Shown: piece by piece, positions 29,890 to 39,806 of the stretch
Position numbering within the stretch: the first letter of the stretch is position 1
Layout of the letters: each line of letters starts with the position of its first letter
Source: a virus
Strand: one strand, 5' to 3'
IMG/VR virus record: IMGVR_UViG_3300031772_002569
Coordinates: 1 to 64,000 of that record
DNA length: 64,000 bases
Position numbers and translations under genes: made by a program
The notes under the pieces: model-generated
Told to the model about the DNA's origin: nothing
What the model saw: only the letters and a program-made list of their open reading frames with translations
Databases searched by the model: none

Positions 29890-30747
29890 ATGAACAAGCC
29901 AGACATTAATATTCTAGTCAACAACAATCGTTGCAAATTCTATTACCACGAAGGAAAAACTTACGTGGAAGCAAAACAGGGTTCGGAATACACCATCGAA
30001 ATAAAGAACAATCAATATGGCCGTGTCGAAGCCGTTTGTTCTGTTGACGGTCTTTCCGTATTAACAGGAAAAACAGCCGGAGAAAATGATACGGGTTATG
30101 TAGTTGATGGATATCATCCATTGAAGATCGAAGGATTCAGACATTCCAAAGATGCGGTAGGAGCTTTCAAGTTTGAATTGAAGGATAATTCGTATGCTGC
30201 TGAAAAAGGTAAAAAATCCAAAAGAAATTGTGGTGTGATTGGAATAAGACTTTTTTCTGAAAAAGAAAAGCCTATAAATTTACCTCCAATTTGGATACAC
30301 GACCATACTAAATCTAATCTTTGTCCGTCTATCACTCCATATTGGGGAGATTGGGCAACAATCACCTGTAAAGGAATGAGTAATCAAACATTTACTTCCG
30401 GATTGATGTCTAAAAATTTATCATTCGATGGCAATGCCGGCGTGAACCCCCCAGCGAATTTTTGTAATTCTGTTCCTTCATCAGAAAACTCCATTCTTCG
30501 TTCTATTAATACCGAAAAGAAAGAAAAAGGATTTGATATGGGAACTGCTTGGGGGTCTAACAAGGAGAGTAAAGTCATTACAGTTTCTTTTGACCGGGGT
30601 TCTTTGGAGTTCGAAATGGATATCTATTACGCCAGTCGTGAATCGTTGATTGAGATGGGAGTTCCTATTCAAAATCAAACAAAGGTCAACTTTCCTAACA
30701 GTTTTCCGAATGGATTTGCTCAACCACCTAAGAATTGGAAGAAGTAA
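29890..30747 (+). CDS. Hypothetical protein
   Basis: 285 aa, EYTIEIKNN...SVDGLSV...GVIG beta-rich N-terminus; own motif TACTTATA (29827-29834) and terminator. Confidence 0.7.
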   Translation: MNKPDINILVNNNRCKFYYHEGKTYVEAKQGSEYTIEIKNNQYGRVEAVCSVDGLSVLTGKTAGENDTGYVVDGYHPLKIEGFRHSKDAVGAFKFELKDNSYAAEKGKKSKRNCGVIGIRLFSEKEKPINLPPIWIHDHTKSNLCPSITPYWGDWATITCKGMSNQTFTSGLMSKNLSFDGNAGVNPPANFCNSVPSSENSILRSINTEKKEKGFDMGTAWGSNKESKVITVSFDRGSLEFEMDIYYASRESLIEMGVPIQNQTKVNFPNSFPNGFAQPPKNWKK

Positions 30748-30757
30748 TTAGTTGAGA

Positions 30758-30785
30758 TAGGGAGTCGAAAGGATTTGACTCCTTA
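30758..30785. terminator. Hairpin between convergent genes
   Basis: GGAGTCGAA-AGGA-TTTGACTCC stem-loop. Confidence 0.55.
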
Positions 30786-30965
30786 TTCATCCGAATACAT
30801 AGGATTCCAGTCTCCATCATCCTTTTTCTGATAACCAATAATACGTTTTGGTATTTTACTGACTTCTTTTTTCTCTATCTTCTTTTCCTGACTCTTTTCG
30901 TATTGTTCAATTCTGGACTTACCTTTGCGACTGGCTGCTTTTTTATTTTCTGTATTCTTTTTCAT
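30783..30965 (-). CDS. Small Lys-rich hypothetical protein
   Basis: 60 aa, ATGA-coupled to the exonuclease gene. Confidence 0.5.
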   Translation of the reverse strand: MKKNTENKKAASRKGKSRIEQYEKSQEKKIEKKEVSKIPKRIIGYQKKDDGDWNPMYSDE

Positions 30966-32044
30966 TCTTTGATATATCCATCCAATTTAGTGAAACACTC
31001 TCCTATCCATGTTTGGTAGTTAGGAATGTTATTCCACAGTTTATCTTCTGTTACGAGTTTTGAAAACTCAAATCTGTTTAATTTAGTTATGGGATTGTCT
31101 AATGAATCTTTGACGTGCAACTGAGCAAACGTTTGTAGTTGTGTATTGTGCAATTGCATCAACTCGTAATTTCTTTCGACTCCGTTTTTATCGTTCAAGA
31201 TATTTTCATATATCTTCCAATCATTTTCTGCCTTCTCACATAACACAAATAAATCCACAGGCAAAAGAGTTTTCCCTTCCCTTAATTCAGGAAACGCTTT
31301 AAGTAATGTTTTTAATCCACATCCTTTGATGCCAGGAATATTATCCGACACATCTCCATCCAATGCTCTATAGAGAGTAAAGTTATTCGAGTGTATTCCG
31401 TATTCATTAATAACCTCGGACGGGCCGTATAGTTTTTTCTTTGTTGGACTCCATACCGATATTCTTTCTGTAACCAATTGTAAAAAGTCTTTGTCCGATG
31501 ACATTATACAAATATCCCATTCCTTGAAATGATCCGTCGCACAGTATGCGATTGTATCGTCTGCTTCTACGTTATCCAAAGATAACATGTTTACAGGAAT
31601 ATTTTGAAGGTATTCTACTGTTCTTTGTAATTGTTTCTTGAGGTTTCTATCTTCGTCATTTAAACCGTCGTCGTCATTAGCATAAGCACGATTGAGACGA
31701 ATCTTTGTTTTTCTTCTTTGTTTGTAGTCTGGAAAGATTTTTCTTCGTTTTAGAGAACCACCGGGGCCGTCAAATATAACCACACATCTGTCTGGTTTGC
31801 ACATTTTGATAGCATACCCCATACTCTTCAAAAATCCTGAAATGCCTCCTGTGTGCAATCCATCTTCGTTCATGGATGGAATGGCTGCAAAACAACGGAG
31901 GAAGGTGTTGTATCCATCTACTAACAACACCTTCCTCCGTGTAGAATTACTTAATCCATTTTTATCGACTTGAGTTTTTGCTTCCTTCAGATTTTCCCAA
32001 ATTGAGAACAACTTACTCTTGTCATTTGTGTCCATATTATTCAT
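30962..32044 (-). CDS. 5'-3' exonuclease / T4 RNase H-like flap nuclease
   Basis: LLVDGYN, FDG, YKQRR, EADD, SSDKDFLQL, GDVSDNIPGIKGCGLKT. Confidence 0.93.
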   Translation of the reverse strand: MNNMDTNDKSKLFSIWENLKEAKTQVDKNGLSNSTRRKVLLVDGYNTFLRCFAAIPSMNEDGLHTGGISGFLKSMGYAIKMCKPDRCVVIFDGPGGSLKRRKIFPDYKQRRKTKIRLNRAYANDDDGLNDEDRNLKKQLQRTVEYLQNIPVNMLSLDNVEADDTIAYCATDHFKEWDICIMSSDKDFLQLVTERISVWSPTKKKLYGPSEVINEYGIHSNNFTLYRALDGDVSDNIPGIKGCGLKTLLKAFPELREGKTLLPVDLFVLCEKAENDWKIYENILNDKNGVERNYELMQLHNTQLQTFAQLHVKDSLDNPITKLNRFEFSKLVTEDKLWNNIPNYQTWIGECFTKLDGYIKE

Positions 32045-33188
32045 CTGAAACTGACTTACCTAATTCAGCGTCCTCATCATCGGTAACAACAATATCTTCA
32101 TCTATTTTGCTGTTTGGATCACGATATGTCATTACATATTGATTACAAATTGAATTATAGACTAATTGTTTGAATGCTGTGTCGGTGTTTACCCTTTCAA
32201 CGAATTCTCTAGCTGATAGCCTGAATTTTTCTTCGCCTAAAGTCATATCATACGCTCCTTTGGAGGATGTTGCTATTCCTTTTGCTTTTAAGAAATCCAA
32301 CCAACTAGCTAAGTCTTGAACTCCGGAATCGAAGAAGATGTCGAATTCAGCAACCCTTTGTGGAGGGCCCATGCGATTCTTTACGACTTGGGCTTTACAT
32401 TTGTTTCCAACTACATCGTCGCCCTTTTTAATCTTACCTGTGGAACTAAGTCGAACACGAACTGAACAGTGATAAGCTAGGGATTTACCTCCACTCACGA
32501 CGTATTTATCTCCAAACGCCATGGCGTTCATGTTCATACGGAGTTGATTGGTGAATACGATTAATACTCGTTGTTTACCTATGAGACTTGTTATCTTTCT
32601 CATGGCTTTTGATATAATGATTGACTTAGATGTATTATATCCGTCCTTACCGTGTTCGGCTTCCATTTCGGTGTCACAACTCGCGGCAGCAACAGAATCA
32701 ACAACAATGGTCAATAACCTATCACTGTTGGCTTTTCTAATGGTTCCAATGATGTGTTCCATGTAAGAGAATATTTCTTCTACCGTGGTTAATGGAACAT
32801 AAGCACATTTTGAAAGGTCAACTCCTACAGCCTTCCAGAAATCTGGAGCGGCAGCAGTTTCAGTATCAATGAATACTCCTATTCCGCCTTTCTTTTGAGT
32901 GTTAGCTATAATATGCGCAGCTAGAAGCGATTTTCCTGAACCTTCTAATCCATTTAATTCGACCATTCTTCCGACAGGCAATCCGCCATCCGGACGATTT
33001 GAAATGGCTAAATCCAAAAGGGTTGAGCCTGTTGAAATCCAGTCTGTAATAACCGATGGGTCTTCTTGGTCATCTAAGAAGAAGGCAACTTTACCTCCTT
33101 CTTTGTTAAGTTTGTTCATCGAATTTACCAACAATTCCGTGAGTTCGTCTCTTTTTTGAGGGTTCTCTTGTAAATTTTTCTTTTTCAT
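32037..33188 (-). CDS. uvsX: RecA/UvsX recombinase
   Basis: ISTGS..LD, GGLPVGR, GLEGSGKS, VVDSVAA, FTNQLR, GGKSL, VVKNR. Confidence 0.92.
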   Translation of the reverse strand: MKKKNLQENPQKRDELTELLVNSMNKLNKEGGKVAFFLDDQEDPSVITDWISTGSTLLDLAISNRPDGGLPVGRMVELNGLEGSGKSLLAAHIIANTQKKGGIGVFIDTETAAAPDFWKAVGVDLSKCAYVPLTTVEEIFSYMEHIIGTIRKANSDRLLTIVVDSVAAASCDTEMEAEHGKDGYNTSKSIIISKAMRKITSLIGKQRVLIVFTNQLRMNMNAMAFGDKYVVSGGKSLAYHCSVRVRLSSTGKIKKGDDVVGNKCKAQVVKNRMGPPQRVAEFDIFFDSGVQDLASWLDFLKAKGIATSSKGAYDMTLGEEKFRLSAREFVERVNTDTAFKQLVYNSICNQYVMTYRDPNSKIDEDIVVTDDEDAELGKSVSDE

Positions 33189-33212
33189 AAATTATTCTTT
33201 CAATTATATACA

Positions 33213-33242
33213 GAAATAGTACACCTCTCGATGTACTATTTC
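33213..33242. terminator. Intergenic hairpin between ssb and uvsX
   Basis: Perfect 11-bp stem GAAATAGTACA/TGTACTATTTC with an 8-nt loop. Confidence 0.5.
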
Positions 33243-33255
33243 AATATATTTTATT

Positions 33256-34224
33256 TTATGAATTAAACAAATTGTCGAACACTTTGGTAAAGTCGTTGAC
33301 ACTCGTTTTCACGCCTGCGGCAGCTGCCGAGGGTGACGTTGGTGACGTTGGTGCTGGTGTGTATGTTACTTTGGTTACGGCCTTAGCTGCAACCGCTGGA
33401 TCGCCAATTGGTGGAGTGACTTCAACTGCTACAACAACTTCTGGTTCGAGCAGGGGGTCGAAAGCCGCGACTTGTTCGGCTGTAGTTACTACGGTAGGTT
33501 CGACAACTTGAGGTTCGTTGTCAGAAGGATTGGAATCACCGTCTTTCTTTGCTAGATATTGTTCGAGATTGTTTTTCAAATCTTCATAGGAAGCAACTTC
33601 ATAGACTTCAAGGATATTAGCTTGTTTTTGAGTAATGAGTTCCATCAATTCCTTTGCCTTTGGATGCTTTGGGTCAATGACTGGGCATGGGCGGGGCTTT
33701 GGAAGAATAGACGTATCTGGATATTGTTTTCCTGCAACTTCTTTACATTCTACAGTGAAATCGAATCCGCTGTTTAAGTCAGAAACATCACCGTAATCAG
33801 GGTCGGCCATGATTCCAAGTAATGCTTTATATACTGTTTGACCGAATCCCCAAAAACGTACTCCCTTTTCTTCTTCACCACGAACGATGATAGGCACATA
33901 GGTACGAAGTTTTGGTTCAAGACTGCGGCCTAATCTCCATTGGTCTTTATCACCAGACTTTTTAAGATGTTCTGATAATTCAAGAACGGGATCAGGACGG
34001 TTAAATGTAGAAGGACTTAAGAAAGTCTTGTTATTTAAACCGTAATGAAATTTTAATTCAAAGAACGGATTCTCTGGTTGATGTTGTGAAGGAACAATTC
34101 GGATTATGAATTTTCCCTTATCTTTTTCAGGCTTCCAAATGAAGGCTTTAGTTTTTTGGGATTTGGAATCTTTTTTGTCGAGGGATTGGAGACGGGCTTT
34201 AATTGCGGATAGGTCTATAGGCAT
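33256..34224 (-). CDS. Single-stranded DNA-binding protein (T4 gp32-like)
   Basis: WKP, IRIVP, RFWGFG, DPDYGD, Ala/Pro/Thr linker, C-terminal FDNLF. Confidence 0.85.
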   Translation of the reverse strand: MPIDLSAIKARLQSLDKKDSKSQKTKAFIWKPEKDKGKFIIRIVPSQHQPENPFFELKFHYGLNNKTFLSPSTFNRPDPVLELSEHLKKSGDKDQWRLGRSLEPKLRTYVPIIVRGEEEKGVRFWGFGQTVYKALLGIMADPDYGDVSDLNSGFDFTVECKEVAGKQYPDTSILPKPRPCPVIDPKHPKAKELMELITQKQANILEVYEVASYEDLKNNLEQYLAKKDGDSNPSDNEPQVVEPTVVTTAEQVAAFDPLLEPEVVVAVEVTPPIGDPAVAAKAVTKVTYTPAPTSPTSPSAAAAGVKTSVNDFTKVFDNLFNS

Positions 34225-34333
34225 AGTGTTATTAAGTGTTTAAGTTTTTAATTAGTAATTCAATAATTAACTCCTCGTTAAATCTTGATTTATTACTAAT
34301 ACATATAAACACTACCGCCTGTACACCAAATAA

Positions 34334-34735
34334 TCAATTTAAAATAACATGAATTTTAAGTGGGATTATTCTAATAGAAATTTCTCCAGTCAATATCAGT
34401 GAGTTCTTATACAGTTCCCAATCGACTGCATATTTATTGTCGAACACTCCACCGTTTTCGTCTTGGATTAAACGATTCATAGCATTCAAAGTATAAAGAG
34501 TATTAGTTAGTTTCTTTCTGTGGATGCCTATCGTATTTTTGAATCTGTTTTTAGAATTATCCTCTGTAGATATGATGTTGTATGTAACGAACATTTCTTT
34601 TGGGTTCTTTTCATTAGAAAAAACGAAGAATTTGCTGTTATCAAAAACTTTGTAGAAGTTTTTTATTTCATCGGTGGTTTTTTCAAATGACGTGGGCGTG
34701 GAAAACGTACATAACAATTGTCTCTTATCATTCAT
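34334..34735 (-). CDS. Hypothetical phage protein
   Basis: LLCTF...HRKKLTNTLYTLNAMN. Confidence 0.7.
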   Translation of the reverse strand: MNDKRQLLCTFSTPTSFEKTTDEIKNFYKVFDNSKFFVFSNEKNPKEMFVTYNIISTEDNSKNRFKNTIGIHRKKLTNTLYTLNAMNRLIQDENGGVFDNKYAVDWELYKNSLILTGEISIRIIPLKIHVILN

Positions 34736-34740
34736 AGAAA

Positions 34741-35427
34741 TTAATCCTTGGATTTTCTCTTTTCGGATAACAATTCCAGAATATATTTTGGTCCGTTATT
34801 TTCTACCCACAAAGATACTTCTTGTAATAGTGAAGAATCTGATTGAAGGATGTTTTTTATTGCGATTGCATCTAAATATTTTTCTTGTGAAGACTTTGGT
34901 TCTGGTTCAGGCAATTCCGTTGGCTCTTTTACTGGTTCCGCAGGAACCTCTGGAGAGGGAGAAGATTGTGGAGCAGCGGCAGTCGTTGGTGTAGCAGTCG
35001 CAGGAGGTTGTTCGGTAGATGGTGCTGCAGCAGAAAGAGGCAATGAAGTTTTATTGTCTTCTGGTTTACTATCGACAGCCGCAGGTGCAGATGCTGTATC
35101 AGATTTAGGGGCATCAGGGTCAGTGAATAAGTTATTTTGTGTTGCCGGCTTCTTTTCAAAATGTGTTCCTCTTTGTATGGCACGTTGTTTATATTCCGGC
35201 GTAGGAAATGTCACCAATATACCATTTTTATTGTATGCCTGTCTTTCTGGATGTTTTCCTTCTACTACTCTATTACAAAAATCTACGGCTTCATCGACAG
35301 GAATTCCTCTATTGATAAGATGATCCCTTAAGGCATCCATGTGGTCAACATTTGAAATCTCGAATATTCCATCTTTGACTCGTGGATCGATACTTACACT
35401 ATTTATGATTCTTTCTATAATACTCAT
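34741..35427 (-). CDS. Hypothetical late protein with Pro/Ala/Thr-rich linker
   Basis: Low-complexity centre; TATTTATA motif at 35455-35462. Confidence 0.65.
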   Translation of the reverse strand: MSIIERIINSVSIDPRVKDGIFEISNVDHMDALRDHLINRGIPVDEAVDFCNRVVEGKHPERQAYNKNGILVTFPTPEYKQRAIQRGTHFEKKPATQNNLFTDPDAPKSDTASAPAAVDSKPEDNKTSLPLSAAAPSTEQPPATATPTTAAAPQSSPSPEVPAEPVKEPTELPEPEPKSSQEKYLDAIAIKNILQSDSSLLQEVSLWVENNGPKYILELLSEKRKSKD

Positions 35428-35482
35428 ATAACTGATTATGGTTCAGCGTATATGTATAAATATTTAAGAAATTATCAAACAA

Positions 35483-36832
35483 TTATAATTGTATTTGTTG
35501 TAAGTCATTATAAGAATCACCTACATACATTTTTATAGGAAATCTATCACCCATCTTCATAATAGATACGATGTCGTTCAGTGTTTGTATGCCATCCTTC
35601 TTAGAAAAATCGAATAAAATAGAATCGTAGGTATATAAGACTGGCTTGGTTTCTTTATCCGACACATATCTGTTAATTTCTTTTAACGATGTCATCGATA
35701 TCTCCGTCTCTGTGGCCTGAAGAATATAATTAAACAACTTGTTTGGGTTGGGATCCAATATGTGTTCTTTTGTTATTCTCCGTTTAAATATGGGAGTCAA
35801 AACATACCCATTCTCTCGAAAGAATTTCCATGAATTATTTATAAAATCCTTCAAATGAACTAAGTATTTGATGTTGGAGTATTTTTCTTCCACCCCCCCG
35901 TAAAGTTGTTTAAAAGTAAGTTTTTTAGACTCGTCTATATCAAAGTCAGAAAGTTCTTCTCTTTTGAAATAGAGTTCTCCGAGGTATCTATAAATATCTA
36001 TATTTGATGGTAAATCAAATTGGGTTAAATGACAAATAATTCTGGGATGAAAAGCAGAATAATCTATCAATATCATCTTACCGTCTTTTTTGAATCGAGA
36101 TGTGAAGCACGAACGAACTCCGTTTTCTTTGTTCAATGCTGCATAATTTACACTTTGAAATCTGTTACTTGGTCTTCCTGTAGATGTATAAATGTTATAC
36201 TGACTATAAACTAAATTGTTTTCATATATGTCAGCTTTTTCATGAAATCTACGGAAACAATTTTCATTGACATAAATTCCATTTTTTTCGATTTCCGAAA
36301 GTGTTTCTATTATGATAGAATTCTCTTTTATGTATCCTTCATCTCTAATACAATATGGAATAGTTTCAAAAAATACATCACACATTTTCTCAAATGTTTC
36401 TTGATGTTTTAATATTGGAATACAATTATTAATTTTTGTTTCTCCTATCGACCTTATGAATTTATGTGCGGTGGTGTGATACACTTCTTCTTCGATTATT
36501 AAGTTCTTTCCTAAAAAGGTTAGAAGATTTATATCATTTACATTATCAACCGGAAACGATTGCATCGTTGATTTTTTATCAAAAGCCCACTTAGATCCGG
36601 TTTGTAGATTTATGTCTTGATTTACTTTTTCTAAAGTCACAACTTGTTTTACGTCAGGATGTGAGAACGAAATAATGTAAGTCTTTTTTGTGTTTACATC
36701 CTTGATTAAAACCGAACTGGGAATTCTTTTAACTGAATGGACATACGGATCAACAGGAATAACATGAATTATAATTCCATGATTTTCTATCTCTTTGAGA
36801 AATGAATTGTAAATTTCAACCGATTCTATCAT
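35483..36832 (-). CDS. Short family-A DNA polymerase
   Basis: TSTGRPSN, motif A DYSAFHPR, motif B KKLTFKQLYG, NYILQ, motif C YTYDSILFD. Confidence 0.8.
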   Translation of the reverse strand: MIESVEIYNSFLKEIENHGIIIHVIPVDPYVHSVKRIPSSVLIKDVNTKKTYIISFSHPDVKQVVTLEKVNQDINLQTGSKWAFDKKSTMQSFPVDNVNDINLLTFLGKNLIIEEEVYHTTAHKFIRSIGETKINNCIPILKHQETFEKMCDVFFETIPYCIRDEGYIKENSIIIETLSEIEKNGIYVNENCFRRFHEKADIYENNLVYSQYNIYTSTGRPSNRFQSVNYAALNKENGVRSCFTSRFKKDGKMILIDYSAFHPRIICHLTQFDLPSNIDIYRYLGELYFKREELSDFDIDESKKLTFKQLYGGVEEKYSNIKYLVHLKDFINNSWKFFRENGYVLTPIFKRRITKEHILDPNPNKLFNYILQATETEISMTSLKEINRYVSDKETKPVLYTYDSILFDFSKKDGIQTLNDIVSIMKMGDRFPIKMYVGDSYNDLQQIQL

Positions 36833-36839
36833 TCACTGT

Positions 36840-36867
36840 ACCTTAAGTAGTTATCAGCAAATGTCAA
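36840..36867 (-). promoter_or_regulatory. Sigma70-like promoter, probably leaderless
   Basis: TTGACA-16-TAAGGT, then 7 nt to the ATG at 36832. Confidence 0.5.
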
Positions 36868-36879
36868 TCTTTATTATCG

Positions 36880-39495
36880 TTAAAATATACGAGATTTTAT
36901 GTATTTTGTTAGAGGTAGTAGTCCCGCTTGAATGGTTGTCTCCCATTCTCCTGATTCAACACTGTGTGCGACGTTTACTATTCTAAATATGACGTTATTA
37001 GAACTATATGGAGCCGGCAGATTTTTCAAAAGAAAGTATTGAAAGGTTCTTACTCCACCAATTCCTTGTATAGTCAATTCAAGTGTTATTCCTGGTTGAA
37101 CACCACAATATCTTTGATTCTTTTCTTCGTTTCCGTCTTCAAACGTTGCTCTTAATAATTTCTGTTGGCCTGAGGGCAACACGAGTTTTATGATTTCTCC
37201 ATTTGATAGAGTCATCTGTAGAGTGTCGGTACTATTATCATTGATCGTATGTAATCCCCTAATTATTTCTCTCATTTGTTCTTTTGCTCTTACTTGGTCG
37301 GTATCTGTTGCACTTTTTTTAGGGTCCAAATCTTGCACATTAATCAAATCCTTAAATTGATAATTTAACAAATCCCCTTGATCTGTTAACTTGGTTTGTG
37401 ACTGTGCATTGTTGGCGGTTCCATAAATTGCTCTCGTAGCCTGAGCATCTGATAATTGGGGTCTGAATTTTAAACCTTTGATTATACTATCGGCCTCATA
37501 ATAAGTAAATGTACACACCTTGTTTTCTGATTGTTTATTATTTAAATTTATGTAGTTTCTATCGATTATGGTTAAGGTTCCCTCTGCTTCCACGAAAGCT
37601 AAATCCCAAAATCCGTCGGTGGATTTCATTAACAAGTCAAGGATCTTTAAATATATGTCTTGATATGTCTTTACTTCTTCCGAATCTATGATTTCTTTGA
37701 ATGATTTGAAACTGATGTAGATATTTGACAAAAGACCTGAGAAGTCTTTTTCAATTACTTTGGTATCAAATAACCGTCTTTCTGTTTGGGATGGAAAACT
37801 ATAAGAACGATTTCTATCATCCTCGTTTCCGCTTGTTCCACCAAATACATAACGATTGATATTTATGACTCTATCTAAATTCATTCTAAAACATTTATTC
37901 TCTGTTGTTTGATAATAGACTTGTCTAACCTTTTCATCTGCTGAAGATAAATTAGATGACGCGGCATCTCTAGTTCTTTGATATTGAGTATAGTATTCAT
38001 TATTGGTGTTTTGATTTCTGCTCTTATCATTACCACTGTATTTTATTAATCCTTGTGTACCTATATGATATTTTGGTGCCTGATAATTTGGTAACAATAC
38101 ATTGGGATCGCATGATATCATGTTTGGATGTGCGCCTATGACCGATGTATCGATATCTACTTTGAATTGTGGTCTGTTTTTGGAGCCTGGAAGAAACGAG
38201 AAATAATTCAATATATCCACTATTAATCCCATGTTAATCCACAATCTGCCTATATCCTTATTTTCAGACGCGTCAAAATCATATTTCTGTGGGTCGCCCA
38301 TTTCTCTTGCTTGAACACTCTTAAATTTAGAAAATTCGCCTTTTTCTCTTCCTGAGAATATACCCTTAATATAAGATGCCTTGGAATCCTTTAAAAATTT
38401 AATTTTCTCTTTCAATCTCTCTTTCTTCTCTTGTTCTGTTTCTCCCGGAAATGTAGAGAATAAAGTTAGGTCTTCTTTTTGTAATGATACTAAATCCAAT
38501 AGAATTGATCTAAATGGTTCCTTGGATGGACCTGAATAGTTTTTTATGAAATTTTCTATGGCTGAAGTATCATTGGTATTCAATGTCTTTAATTGTTTAA
38601 AGTTGGTGAATAGACTTGCTTGTTTTTCATCGAGATTAACAAACGTTTTTATTCCTTGTAGTATTCCTGGACCCTCTTTATCATTTGGATTCGATGAATT
38701 GACTATCAAAGAACTGTTCTTTGCCAATCCAGCATAGAGTTTGTCCTTTGACGTTATTTCTGTGGTGCATATAATTTTGTTACCTTCTATCGTCCACGTA
38801 AAATTAGTTACAAGACCATAGATTACTTCATAATTACCCTTTGACAAAACAGTGTGTTTGTATAAGTTTGAGGAATCTTCCCAATGACGTTGCATTTCGT
38901 CTATGTCTTTTATGTTAACCAAAGAAATGGGATTGAAGTGATTCCATCCGAATTCTATCATCACAGTTATTCCAGGAACTAAAAAATATGGAGTAAGATA
39001 TTCCAATTGAGCCGGAGAAAAACACACCCACTCAATTGTGGCCCGTCTCAACAATTCTTTTTGAACAGTTACTTCTAGCTTTGATATCGACGGAACTCCA
39101 TTATGAATTACATGTTTACTATTAAGTAAATCCTGGTCTATCGTGTGTGGTGACCCGTTAGGTTGATATCCTATTATTTGTTTATATTTACTATCTGAAC
39201 CATTTGGTGTGAATCCGTATGTATTGTCAAATCCTTGTCCGCCAAATAATACAAATCTTGGTTTGTTTATTCCTTTACTTGTGGGGCTGTTATTTCCGGC
39301 TCCATTGGAGCACGCTCGTATCCATGATACCATCGGACCTTTGTAACGTGACCAATCTCCGGTAGATTTATCCCATCCTCCAGCTTTATCATTTTGTATA
39401 TACTGAAATCCACGATTTAATTTTCTTCTATTAAGTTCTTCTTGTACCTCGGAAGGTATATTGTGTGGGAGCCAAGGAATAAATGGTACAGGCAT
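36880..39495 (-). CDS. Putative baseplate hub protein
   Basis: FLVPGITVMIEFGWN; C-terminal LTIQGIGG...VAHSVESGEWETTI typical of hub/gpD-like ends; position after LysM. Confidence 0.6.
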   Translation of the reverse strand: MPVPFIPWLPHNIPSEVQEELNRRKLNRGFQYIQNDKAGGWDKSTGDWSRYKGPMVSWIRACSNGAGNNSPTSKGINKPRFVLFGGQGFDNTYGFTPNGSDSKYKQIIGYQPNGSPHTIDQDLLNSKHVIHNGVPSISKLEVTVQKELLRRATIEWVCFSPAQLEYLTPYFLVPGITVMIEFGWNHFNPISLVNIKDIDEMQRHWEDSSNLYKHTVLSKGNYEVIYGLVTNFTWTIEGNKIICTTEITSKDKLYAGLAKNSSLIVNSSNPNDKEGPGILQGIKTFVNLDEKQASLFTNFKQLKTLNTNDTSAIENFIKNYSGPSKEPFRSILLDLVSLQKEDLTLFSTFPGETEQEKKERLKEKIKFLKDSKASYIKGIFSGREKGEFSKFKSVQAREMGDPQKYDFDASENKDIGRLWINMGLIVDILNYFSFLPGSKNRPQFKVDIDTSVIGAHPNMISCDPNVLLPNYQAPKYHIGTQGLIKYSGNDKSRNQNTNNEYYTQYQRTRDAASSNLSSADEKVRQVYYQTTENKCFRMNLDRVININRYVFGGTSGNEDDRNRSYSFPSQTERRLFDTKVIEKDFSGLLSNIYISFKSFKEIIDSEEVKTYQDIYLKILDLLMKSTDGFWDLAFVEAEGTLTIIDRNYINLNNKQSENKVCTFTYYEADSIIKGLKFRPQLSDAQATRAIYGTANNAQSQTKLTDQGDLLNYQFKDLINVQDLDPKKSATDTDQVRAKEQMREIIRGLHTINDNSTDTLQMTLSNGEIIKLVLPSGQQKLLRATFEDGNEEKNQRYCGVQPGITLELTIQGIGGVRTFQYFLLKNLPAPYSSNNVIFRIVNVAHSVESGEWETTIQAGLLPLTKYIKSRIF

Positions 39496-39499
39496 AACT

Positions 39500-39802
39500 T
39501 TATATTATTTTATTTAAATCGTGAAATTCTGTGATTATAGATGTTACATTGGATGGAACTCTTAACTGAAGTCCTGGTTCTACACTCAGTTTTCCTTTAC
39601 CTAAGTTGTTTGATAGAGCAATTATCCACCATAAGGTAGGATCATTATAGAATTTAAATGCAAGATTGTCTAATGTGTCTCCATCATTGGATATTAGAAT
39701 CACATCCGAGTCTTTGGCTGAAATTACTGGATATCTGGTTGTCTTATAAACCTTTTTCCCGTCAAACCTTCTATCTACCGGAGTTGATTCGTATCTTCTC
39801 AT
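39500..39802 (-). CDS. LysM-domain baseplate protein (gp53/gpX-like)
   Basis: GDTLDNLAFKFYNDPTLWWIIALSN...GLQLRVP. Confidence 0.85.
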   Translation of the reverse strand: MRRYESTPVDRRFDGKKVYKTTRYPVISAKDSDVILISNDGDTLDNLAFKFYNDPTLWWIIALSNNLGKGKLSVEPGLQLRVPSNVTSIITEFHDLNKII

Positions 39803-39806
39803 AACT

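Noticed and set aside
34850-35323. Antisense ORFs from the track (e.g. 34850-35323, 42614-43033, 15741-16325, 57407-57871, 62133-62564, 47913-48227)
   Set aside because: They shadow well-supported genes on the opposite strand and have no recognisable motifs.
26148-36832. Inteins or introns in RNR, helicase, RecA or polymerase
   Set aside because: Protein lengths are normal or short, with no intein splice motifs or interrupted frames.
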